Shown here one piece after another: positions 36,201 through 48,259 of a stretch of DNA of 64,000 nt. Source of the DNA: Botryllus schlosseri (taxonomy: Eukaryota); NCBI GenBank assembly GCA_051294905.1, contig CM119371.1:186001-250000 (forward strand), given 5' to 3'. The position numbers and the translations under genes are program-made. Under the pieces are notes generated by a model that saw only the letters and a list, made by a program, of their open reading frames with translations, searched no databases and was not told the origin of the DNA. Numbering within the stretch: the stretch's first letter is position 1; every line of letters starts with the position of its first letter.

Positions 36201-38009
36201 ATTTTGCTTACTCGACTCGAGTCATATTTTCAAATGCGTAAAATGACTCAACTCGAGTCAATTTTTGCATTGACTCGACTTGTACTCGAGTCATTGTGCG
36301 AGTCATCTATATCACTCCAGCAGAGTTGAGAAAGTAAATCAACATAAATTATACAGGGTATTTCGAGAGATTTAATTAACTTGAAAATGTTCTTCGTGCT
36401 TTGCAATTTATTGTCTCTAAACAACTTGATTTTGAAACGCGTACGTCTCTCCGTCAAGAATAAAAGTATGCGTAAGTTATAGGAATGGGCATTTCGGCGC
36501 CACACCAAAATACATATGCAATTTCGACCAACATGCGACTCCACTAAGTGTGCTACCAAAGTAAGACCTAGGTCCGTGTCCATTGTCAATAGCCGCGCTG
36601 GATGGACGCAACGAATAGTCCTGAAGTTTCAATCTGAGCCCCACTATACAAATGCCATCGGGTGCACCCACAGAGGAATGAAGACATGACAATTTGTGTG
36701 CGCGTCTCACGAAAGTTTAGTCTGCTACGTTTGGGTGACTACACTATATTTTGATTAGGCCTATATAACAGATGGCAGGTCACAACTCAACAACATACCA
36801 TCAAGCAATTATAACAACATATCACATGTTATAATTACGAATTACGCGCTCCCTGCTCTTCCGGTAAATCTGACCATCGGGGGTTGACAGGATTAAACAT
36901 TATTAGTAATATAATGTAAATATCAATATTCTGACGAAATTCAGTCATCAACCTGAAAATTGAACACCATATGAGGCCCAAGACTAACGTTTGAAGTTGG
37001 GGGACGAATTGCTGTTTTGGTCCGGGTTCTAGCTACAACCCAAGCCAACATGGTGTATTAGCGGGCGATTATGGGGACAGTTCCAAATGTTGAGTAAAGA
37101 TTTGCGTAATTACGATTGGAGCCCGTTTCAAGCAGAGTCATAAGAAAAACAGATAATGTGAAACATAAAATTTTGTCTTCCACTTAAATACAGATACTGC
37201 AAGCTGCCGTTACGAGAAACGGCGAACTACGGCTCCATTATGATATATTTCAGCAGCTTCATTCGGGCAATCGTAATGTTTCTTTCATTTGACGACTACA
37301 AAATTTCAAATCTTTGTCCGGTGTACGTACGTACATAGGCCTACCGCTCGCCAAGCAACAACGGTCAAGCTGCGTTCAACGAAGCATAACCAGACATCAA
37401 TACATAAGTTACTATTTGAAACTAGGCAGAGTGGTGATTATTATCCTGCTGCAAGCTAGTGGCGTCTGGAGTGTATTGATAATCTGATATACAGCATGAC
37501 AGGTGTTATTACAATTGCGCTACAATGAACATCGAAAGTCTGTTTCATATGTGTGGCTGCGTGGATACTTCTTACGCAATGACGAGCAAAGTTAATACTT
37601 GTGATGTAATAATGAGCAGTGGAGTTTAAAAATCAGACATTTGTGCTATCAATAAACCGGGTATAATATCTCCTTGTTCACGAATGTTCACCTGTTCAGT
37701 TTATGTCATAGTCCTTGTGCAAATAAAAAGTAATCGTTCATACACAAAGAAATCGATTAGATATGTGAAATAGTCGATTACGATTACGATTACTTCGGAA
37801 TTTTTTCGAATGTAATCGATTGCGATTACGATTACTTGAAAATGGTAAAATCGTCGTAATCGATTACGATTACTAATCGCGATTACCCCATGTCTGCTAG
37901 AGGGTGTACGAACCCAAAATTATGATAGAATTTATTTGTTTACTATTTGGCACCACATATCAAGACACTTTTTTGAAATCAAAAAATTTTCATTATTCAC
38001 TCCACCCTA
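33288..38009. mobile_element. Foldback element with ~1-kb inverted arms derived from the 3' end of a hATm-type transposon
   Basis: TIR TAGGGTGGAGTGAA and 8-bp TSD CTGTGGGG (33280-33287, 38010-38017). Left arm 33288-~34310 is inverted in the right arm ~34861-35782 plus 37905-38009. Arms and spacer encode PSRNLNCLAQFCMEVYFPSWFEIK, RNAHFEHPGN, PCHNQ(A/T)V(E/D)RH and GFKRR.GLIRQK. The element is absent from duplicate copy B. Confidence 0.92.
35783..37896. mobile_element. hAT-type non-autonomous element with (GATTAC)n subterminal repeats, nested in the foldback right arm
   Basis: CAGACATGGGGT / ACCCCATGTCTG termini and perfect 8-bp TSD CTAGAGGG (35775-35782, 37897-37904). The left arm shows the empty site at ~33390-33400. 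Confidence 0.93.
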
Positions 38010-40518
38010 CTGTGGGGGTTAACCCCTCGGATGCTGGGTTGGTCACCATTTGGAGGCTTCATGACGAAGTGCTGTTTAGTTGCTGTTGAAAAGTATTTAT
38101 ATTTCAGCGTCATCGGTAACTCCATGTGCCTGAATGGTCATAAAATGTATTTGATTCTGCAATTTTAATATTATATTTACAGCCATCATTTATCAAATTA
38201 TGCTCTGCTGAATGGAGCAAATAATTTTTTGAATGTTGGAGACAACAATAAGTTATGCTGATGTTATCTTTACAAAAGTACAGAAGGAAGGCTCCTTTAA
38301 CATAGTAACAAGTTTGCTGAATCGTATTTAAACGTAATATGGTTTTGATGCTGTCTTGTCACCATCGTGCGTCATGAAGTTAAATCAACAGAGGTATAAG
38401 CAAATCTACGAACATATTAATTTTAAGAATCGGCATTACTGAATTTTACCCAGAATCGTGGCAAATTCCATAGGTTTGGAACGCAGCTGCTCCGTTTGTT
38501 GAAAGAATTGACGAATAAAGCAGTTAAATCCGTATCAAAATCGCAGCAAAATTCACACCCACTCTATTTGTGTAATTCCCTAATATCCCGATCGATTAGT
38601 CAATTCCAAGACCTAACATAAATCCACCTAACTTGTTGCAATGCTGCGCTCAGTGTCGTCATACGTCGATCTCATCCCAGCAGGCAGTTTTGTCAACAGT
38701 CGCGCCGCTTTTTAGCTAGAAGGTAACTCTTTCATCAAGGTAGCCCAAACAGAGTTACCCGGCCCGCAATGTGCCAGCCTTTGTCGATTCGGCGCAGACG
38801 TTGTAGCTTGTAGGTACCAGACGTCGAGGACCGACAACCGCCAGCATTAGCTTTAATAAACATCTCATTGTCTGACATATCAATTGACCGCAACATGTTA
38901 CGTTACATATTGTCGTACCTTGTGCTCGGAGTGCATCAAACCTAGATCCCGCATGATACACTTTGCATGCATGCGCTACTTACTCAAGTGGCTACGTTTT
39001 CCAACTACTTTCACTTCTACTTATCACTTTTCCAGGCAACACCAAATAGGCTACTTATCTCACTTTTGCATTTCGGAAAGCAGAGTAGTTTTAAAATAAG
39101 TTCGCATCACTTCTAATGGTGAAATAGTTTAATATGAGCGCGAAATAGACACTACGATAACTGGATATCATCCGACGATTGAACTTGTACTTGTAATGAT
39201 ATTTCGCATATACCACATGAACACGACTGCACACTTGCACAGTCATCCAACTATTGGTTTTGAATAGACTCCATGGCCGCGCTATAGGCGTACTCAATAA
39301 TCCTGCAATTATCGCTGTCGCAGACAACTGTATTCAGACAACTGTAGAAGTAATTCAGTATCTCTTAATCCATAGTAAAGTAATAGACGACTGCGTGGTT
39401 GACAAAAAACAAACGTTTCAGCAATGCTTATGGCCATTACGCGTTGACTATAGCTACGGAAGGATGCCTACTCGTTGCGGATGCCGATGTGCCCACGCCA
39501 GGGCTTAATAAGCTAGTGGTCGCGACGCGACCCCGATGGGCTCTTCGCCTCTTCTCTAGGGTCGTGGAGATATGGTTTAAATGCAAATGACCATTAAAAG
39601 AATGCCATTAAGATCATGCTATCGGCGGCTCATTTTTGAAAATTTTAGACAATTTTATAAAAAAAGAAAAATAGCGGTCTCTGATGAATGTTAACTGACT
39701 ACAAGAACACATTTGTAAAGCCGCCCAAGGCTTTTTTCAGGCACGTCCTATATATATTTATCTTGTTCTGTCAGAGATAATTGTGCACCAAGGCCGCCGT
39801 GATTTCCATTCTAATACCGGTTAACTTACCTGCTAGGTTACAAATATGCACCGCGTCAATCAGCAAACTGTGTTTATTCATATACATATGGAGACTGGGA
39901 GCAGTGCAGGTATATAATACAACTAAACTACGGACAGATTGTAATCACGTGATTGCGCAGTCAGTTAGATCAGCAACCAGACGAGGTTAGCAATATATGG
40001 TAGCTTCGTAAACGGATATGGCAGGGTTCTCACAAAATTTTGGTGCCTAGACTTGACTCGAGAAATTCTACTCGATTTGTGTATAACTCGACTAATTCTT
40101 AAAAATCAAGATTAGGACGGACACGTCAGGCATTTCCTTCTAACTTAAAAGAATAGTAAACTACCAATAATTGCCCGAGTTTAAATATCAACCAGAGTGT
40201 AACAACGTGAATAGAACAGGATTGAGCTTGAAAATGAACAATGAACACAATGACAATGACTCACAGTCGAGTCTCAACACTGTAACGCGGACTTAAACTT
40301 TTGAAACCTGACTACGACTTTACTTGGTGCTGAATTCAAAATGACTCGATTTGGCTAGAGTCAAAACTAATAAAGTAGAATTGACTTTTGACTTGGTTAC
40401 AACCCTGGGATATGGTATTGTTTTATAACTTACGACTCTAGTGCAAAATGCATTACAAGCGGCTTTGACCGAAAGCTACTACTACGCTGATTTCGAAAAT
40501 ATAAATTATAATCTGGTG

Positions 40519-40707
40519 AGGACGGTTGCACGACATACGAGCATGCGACACAATGAAAAGCAACAGATCAGCATGCGACACATTAGCATGTGGTTTCACA
40601 ACCCAAACCTAACCATAATCCAATCCTCAATATAAACCATACCTGGCGCTATCCTCGAATATTACCCACATGCTGAAGTGTCGCATGCTTATATGCCCAC
40701 GGACCGG
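40519..40707. mobile_element. Short hairpin-forming non-autonomous element (Helentron/DINE-like); duplicate at ~47402-47590
   Basis: AGCATGCGACAC direct repeats, an inverted GTGTCGCATGCT and a central AACCTAACC. The superfamily call is tentative. Confidence 0.45.
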
Positions 40708-41299
40708 TCTGGACACTATAACTCACCCAAAATTACCCTTATATTTGTAAAAATTGACATGGTTTAGCAGCAACAAAATGACCATACAAATGACCTATTG
40801 CGGCGTTCCAATTAATCGCAACAATGCCAGATTCCCAGTATTGTATCCTAGTCACAAACCAATCTTACTTTTTTTTAGATTTGACTCGAGTCAAGTCGAG
40901 TCACTTTCCATTTATCAGAGAGTCAAGTCCTAGTCCAAATCGTTTTGCAAAGGGTCACGTCCGAGTTCAAGTGATTGTGTCTACTGTTCAGTTTTAAGTT
41001 CAAGTCCGGTTCAATCCAATTTTTTAAAACTCTGCTTGGGTATATTCGATTGTTCCGTATTCGTAATATGCTGATTTTCACCATTCTGAACAATTTCGGC
41101 TACTGATAGACGAAATGGCAATAATGCGGAACATTACTATTTTTCGAAGTTGCAATGAAATTCCTTTCATTGCCGTCCGAGTCTAGAATCATACGACTTG
41201 TTACGAGTCATGCGCAACGATCCGAGTGCAAGTCAAATCACTATACAAATTGACTCGAGTCGAGACGGTGAAACTGGGGTCATTACAACCTTCCCGATT

Positions 41300-41519
41300 T
41301 CAGGATCTATATGCTGTCCAACCGTGCAGCCACTGCACATGTATCAGTAGGTTGGTTGCGTATAGCGTCGGCAGAAAGGAAAAACTTCCAAACTGGTGAC
41401 ATTTCGAACCATTTTCCCCAGGTACGTTTTTCAAGTCCAACTTACTAAAAAGGCGCGATCGTATTTTGGAACAAAATCGTCAATCTCTTTGTTTCTGCCA
41501 GTAGCGCTTTTCTTTGAAT
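41300..41519 (-). pseudogene. RBM28: Third, truncated copy of the RBM28 terminal-exon tail
   Basis: Near-identical to 48166-48385 (NKEID..V.KYDRAF region) and cut at the duplication junction. Confidence 0.65.
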
Positions 41520-44500
41520 TTTTTTTGTTTGTTTGAATTTGTTTTTCGTCGTTTTTGAAGACGACTCATCAATTTCATGGGGCTGACAGAAAATTTCGAT
41601 TTTTTTTTTCATAATAAATTAAAAATTTAAATTGACTCTGCGGCGGCTTATACTTGTTAGAATTGAACCAAATTTGGTGTGCAGCGTGTTTAAGGGCAAC
41701 CTGACAATTTAATCAGTGAATGGCCGGAATCCAGAAAAAAGGTTAATTTTTAACAACCCTAGTGCGAATTTAGCGTCCATTTTCATGAGGTGTCTTCAAG
41801 AATGACTTTTTTCTCAAATTGTACTGACTGCCTAATAAAATTTTTAGGTCACCTAATTAAAGTTTGCACACCAAATCTGGTACAATTCCAACCAGTAGCC
41901 GCATTGCTACAGGAGAAAATTTTTTTTTTATTTGTTATCTAAAAATAAATACAAAAAATTTCAAAATTTTCTGTTGACACCATGAGATTGTTAGCTTGTC
42001 TATTGTAACGATGCCACCCCATTTTTCTCAATTCAAACCAGTGGAAACGGAGTTGATGCAGTCGAAAAATTTGGAAATGAATAAAATATGGCCACCTGGT
42101 CACCGTAAAGGACTGCCAGTTACTCCTACCGTTTACTCGTGCTTTATGGAATTTCTTCACTGTGACATTGAGAGCACCGGGTAGAATTCACGCTGCTTAC
42201 CAAGAATATGTTACTTTTACCAGGACTCAAGCCAGCGTCTTAGAGTTCTGTTGCATTGCCGCACTATGTGTCGAGGCTTGGTAACATCAACCAGATTCCC
42301 TTTCGGAAGTCGCGGGGGCGAAGACGAGCCCAACCCCCGATCGAAAACTCTATTCCAATGTCCCTTAGGGTTGACTGAACTAAGTTTAACTGCAGTTCAC
42401 ATCGGACCCTTTTCCACCTCGTCCTGCAAAGATCTCATTTGAATATTTGCTATACTGCCATCAAGTGCGACTCATCTGGTACTTACAGGCGACTTGGTGC
42501 CCGCGAGCTCTGCGTTGCTGACTCCTTCCTCAGACAATAGCTTTTGTAGTAAAACAAAACTGATCGTTTCGCAAACTGGCTTGTATTACTCTGCATTTAC
42601 TGCGATATATACGACGCGCTTTAATGACGTGACTTGCTTAGTTCAAAAGGAAAATGCCTCTACTGCATCGATGACGATACATCTTTGGTCACTTATACAT
42701 CTGCAACCTGGCAAGATAATAGCTCACCTACACATCCATAAGATAATATTCCACCTGCACACATATAAGATACAATGTAAATCTATATAAATTGTTTATG
42801 AGTAATATAAACGCATACACTGTAATCCGTTCGATTTGAATAATACAAGACATTTGTTTAATTGAGTACTGACAGAATTACAATGCTAGATCAGTGGTGG
42901 ACAAACTACGGCCCGTGAGCACATTTTCTGCGTCCCTCCAGAATGTAATAATTATCGATAAAATCCGTAGTAAAATATGGTCACTGCTGCAACTTGATTA
43001 AATTTTATCTTGATATTTTTCATAATGGTATTGGTACGTTACTGTCTAAAGTAGAGGTCACTAACTCGCGGACCGCAAGAATGCAATAAAGAGACAAAAA
43101 GGCCGCACACTATAGCAGCCACATTTAAAAAACTTGACGTCAATACAACGCTGTGCTCTCTAACATGCGCGACGAGCATATTTCCAATAAAAGAGGTGAT
43201 TTATTAAAGAAATGCAAACGCAACAAGAAATCACCAATATCTTTATATATTCAACTGTGAGCTGCGCACGATACCTGACAACACATTTCAGCGACCAAGG
43301 AATCAATAGTGGGTCCAGCGAGACACGGTACCAGCTGAAAGACTACCTCATTGGTTTTTTGAGAAAGCCCTAATCCGTTTTTCAAGCGTCTTGGTCTTGG
43401 CAGTGGACCATTGTACGTCAAGGTAATATACCCATTTATATCATCTCATTCCCCCTCAATGAAGTGCTGTTTACTTCGCCGAAGCCGTTACAGCGAGTGA
43501 GAAACATTGATATTGGGTACAGTGGAATATATTATATTGCAATAAAAACAGCAATACTTTGAAACCAGAAATCAATTTCGCCATTTCTAAATGCTTTTCT
43601 TCCGATTCCAGTCTGAATCGTGATTAGCGATATCTCCGTGCTTTGTGCACTGTGCACAGTGTGCAACCTCATTTTACCGCCCCTTGCGGACTCCCGTCCG
43701 TGACGCAGAGCCAGAACCGCCAAATGGCTACTCCACCACTGCTTGCAGTACGAGCCCCAGAGTACAAACGTGACAACAAAGGAAAATGATGCATATCATG
43801 AAGAAATAGCAATTTGGATACATATGTGCTTCTCACGTAAGAGCTCTTACGATAAGTTTGAGTTCTTTAGCTATCCAAATAATCTCAGACTATAACGACA
43901 AGCCGGAAAAGAGGTCACGAAACATAAACAAAAAAGTAGTTATGGGCGCGAAATTTTGCAATTATAAAATTACTTGCTCTAAATTTACTGCGCATAGTAT
44001 GCCGATTATACCGTCGTATAAATCTGACGCATTGGGGCTTCATGACAAAGTGCTGTTTAGTTGGTGTTGAAAAGTATTTATATTTCAGCGTTGTCGGTAA
44101 CTCAATGTGCATGACTGGTCATATAGTGTATTAGATTCTGCAATTTTAAACAAACACAAAGTCTAATATTCTATTTACAGCCATCATTTATCAAATTATG
44201 CTCTGCTGAATAGAGCAAATAATTTTTTGAATGTTGGATACAACAATAAGTTGTGCTAATGTTATCTTTACAAAAGAACAGAAGGAAGGCTACTTTAACA
44301 CAGTAACACGTTTGCTGAATCGTATTTAAACGTAATATGGTTTGATGCTGTCTTGTCACCATCGTGTGTCATGATTAAGTTCAATCAACAGAAGTATAAG
44401 CAAATCTACGAACATATTGAAATTACCATCCGGTTTTAAGAATCGGCATAACCGAATTTTATCCAGAATCGTGACAAATTCCATAGGTTTGGAACGCAGC

Positions 44501-44822
44501 TGCTCCGTTTGTTGAAAGAATTGATGAATAAAGCAGTTAAATCCGTAACAAAATGGCAGCAAAATTCACACCCACTCTATATGTGTAATTCCCTAATATC
44601 CCGATCGGTTAGTCAATTCCAAGACCTAACATAAATTCACCTAACTTGTTGCAATGCTACGCTCAGTGTCGTCATACGTCGATCTCATCCCAGCAGGCAG
44701 TTTTGTCAACAGTCGCGCCGCTTTTTAGCTAGAGGGTAACTCTTTCATCAAGGTGGCCCAAACAGAGTTACCTGGCCCGCGATGTGCCAGCCTTTGCCGA
44801 AGACGTTGTAGCGTGTAGGTAC

Positions 44823-45817
44823 CAGTGTTGGGATGACTCGAGTCATGACTTGACTCGAGTCAGACTCGAGTCAACTTTTTCGTATGACTTGACTTGACTC
44901 GAGTCACTTTGCAAAAATGACTTGACTTGACTTGACTCGGTGCTTCAAAAATGTGGATTGACTCGTGACTCGGAGCAAAATTTACGAGTCAATTTCAAGT
45001 CATTAAATAAACGGTGTCGATTAAATCACCCTATCTTATGTATTTTCGCCATGTCGGTGTCACTTCACTTGTGAGAGCAACCAGTCATTCACTGATTGCA
45101 TGTTTCACTGATCCTTCATTGTTACATCACAAATAAATTGACCGCAAACAAAACGATCACAGCTTACGTTGTCGTAGTAGCAATAGATTAATCAAATAGA
45201 AACGTATCGTTGTTTATTAGACGGCTCATTGCTTACATTGCGCAGTGCTCACCTTTACCTACACTCTTGTATGATTTAAATCAAACGAATATATATAGTT
45301 TATGCGTTTCTATTCTCACGGATGTGTAGATGGGTACCATGATATTGTATTGTACCATATCAATTTGTTCAACTTCTCGAGGCTTTGTATTCGATCCGTT
45401 ATATTGGCTGATAATAACAGACTGTAGTATGTAGCTTTACAGGTACTCACGTATTCTATTAGCAGTTCTTCGTTTGCGTGAGCGATACAACACCTTTTTA
45501 CATATATATTTAACTTTATATTCGTTATTTGATTAAAGATAAAGGGCCAATTATTCTGTCCTTCACCCTGTTAGCAAAATGTAATGACTTTGCATCATTA
45601 CTCATGCTGGGAAAATTCAATCTGACTTGAATTCTGACTTGACTCGTGACTTGACTTGACTTGACTCGACTTGACTCGAGTCACCTCCAAAAAACAAGTG
45701 ACTTGACTTGACTCGAGTCACCTTTGAAAATCGATTGACTTGACTTGACTCGAGTCAAAATGTGCAATGACTCGAGATGACTCGTGACTCGAAGGTAGTG
45801 ACTTGATCCCAACACTG
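44823..45817. mobile_element. hAT MITE with GACTTGACTCGAGTC subterminal repeats
   Basis: CAGTGTTGGGAT / ATCCCAACACTG termini and 8-bp TSD GTAGGTAC (44815-44822, 45818-45825). The empty site, with a single GTAGGTAC, is at 38810-38817. Confidence 0.95.
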
Positions 45818-48259
45818 GTAGGTACCAGACGTCGAGGACCGACAACCGCCACCATTGGTTTCAATAAACATCTCATTGTCAGACATATCAATTGACCGCA
45901 ACATGTTACGTTACATATTGTCGCACCTGGTGCTAGGAGTGCATCAAACCTGAATCCCGCATGATACACTTTGCATGCATGCGCTACTTACTCAAGTGGC
46001 TACGTTTTTCAACTACTTTTACTTCTACTTATCACTTTTCCAGGCAACACCAAAGAGGCTACTTATCTCCCTTTAGGATTTCGGAAAGTTAGTTGTTTTA
46101 AAATAAGTTCGCATCATTTCTAATGGTGAAATAGTTAAATATGAGCGCGAAATAGACACTGATGCGATAACTGAATATCATCCGACGATTGCACCTATAC
46201 TTGTAACGATATTTCGCATATACCACATGAACACGACTGCACACTTTCACAGGCATCCAACTATTGGTTTTGAATAGACCCCATGGCCGTGCTATAGGCG
46301 TAATCAATAATCCTTCAACTATCGCTGTCGCAGACAACTGTAGCAGTAAGTGGTATCTCTAAATGGCCGGTAGTGCAATGTGTTAGCATTATAATACACA
46401 CAAACATGCTCGGCGCGGCAGGATAAGTTGCATATCGTTATTTCTACTTCCCCTTCCCGTACCATATAATCACGCCTCGACTGTTCAACTGGCGCATCCA
46501 TATTGTATTGCAAAATGTTCTCCAGTAGCCGGCCCGTCAGTTTATTCACTATACCTGCGAACCCAATTATCACTAACTACAAGAACACATTTGTAAAGCC
46601 ACTCAAGGCTTTTTACAGGCGCATACTATCTATAGGCCTATTTATCTTGCTCTGTCAGAGATAATTGTGTACCAAGGCCGCCGTGATTTCGATTCTAATA
46701 CCGGTTAACTTACCTGCTAGGTTACAAAAATGCACCCAGTCAACCAGCAAACTGTGTTTATTAATACATATGGAGACAGGGAGCAGTGTAGGTATATAAT
46801 ACAACTAACTGCGGACAGATTGTAATCACGTTATTGCACAGTCAGTTAGATAAGAAACCAGTTGAGGCTAGCAATATATGGTAGCATCGTAAACGGATAT
46901 GGCAGGGTTCTCTCAAGATTTTGGTGCCTAGACTTGACTCGAGAGATTCTACTCGATTTGTGTATAACTCGACTAATTCTTAAAACTCGAGACTAGGACG
47001 GACACGTCCGCCATTTCCTTTTAACTGAAAAGAATAGCAAACTACCACCTAATGCCCGGGTTTAAATATCATCCAGAGTTGTAACAACGTGAATAGAACA
47101 GGATTGAGCTTGAAAATGAACAATGAACACAATGAATTTGACTCAGAATCGAGTCTTGATGCGGTGACAAGGACTTAAACCTTTGAAACCTGACTATAAC
47201 TAGACTTGGTGGTGAATTCAAAATGACTCGATTTGACTAGAGTCAAAACTATTAATGTAGAATTGACTTTTGACTTGGTTACAACTATGGGATATGGTAA
47301 TGTTTTATAACTTACGACTCTAGTGCAAAATGTATTACAAGCGGCTTTGACTGAAAGCTACTACTACGCTAATTTCGAAAAGATAAATTATAATCTGGTG
47401 AGGACGGTTGCACGACATACGAGCATGCGACACACTGAAAAGCAACAGATCAGCATGCGACACATTAGCATGTGGTTTCACAACCCAAACCTAACCATAA
47501 TCCAATCGTTAATATAAACCATACCTGGCGCTATCCTCAAATATCACCCACATGCTGAAGTGTCGCATGCTTATATATCCACGGGCCGGTCTGGACACTG
47601 TAACTCACCCAAAATTACCCTTACATGGTTTATTACCAACAAAATGACCATAAAAATGACCTATTGCGGCGTTCCAATTAATCGCAACAATGCCAGATTA
47701 CCAGTATTGTATCCAAGTCACAAACCAATCAATACTTTTTTTAGTTTTGACTCGAGTCAAGTCGAGTCACTTTCCATTTATCATAGAGTCAAGTCCTAGT
47801 CCAAATCGTTTTGCAAAGGGTCACGTCTGAGTTCAAATGATTGTGTCTACTGTTCAGTTTTAAGTTCAAGTCAGGTTCAATCCAATTTTTTACAACTCTG
47901 CTTGGATTTAATCGATTGCTCCGTATTCGTAATATGCTGATTTTCATCATTCTTAACAATTTCTGCTAATGATAGACGAAATGGCAATAATGCGGAACAT
48001 TACTATTTTTCGAAGTTGCAATGAAATTCCATTCATTACCGTCCGAGTCTAGAGTCGTGCGACTTGGTACGAGTGATGTGCAATGATTCGAGTATAAGTT
48101 AAGTCACTATACAAATTGACTCGAGTCGAGACGGTGAAACTGGGGTCATTACAACCTTCCCCATTTCAGGATCCATATGCTGTCCAACCGTGCAGCCACT
48201 GCACATGTATCAGTAGGTTGGTTGCGTATAGCGTCGGCAGAAAGGAAAAACTTCCAAAC

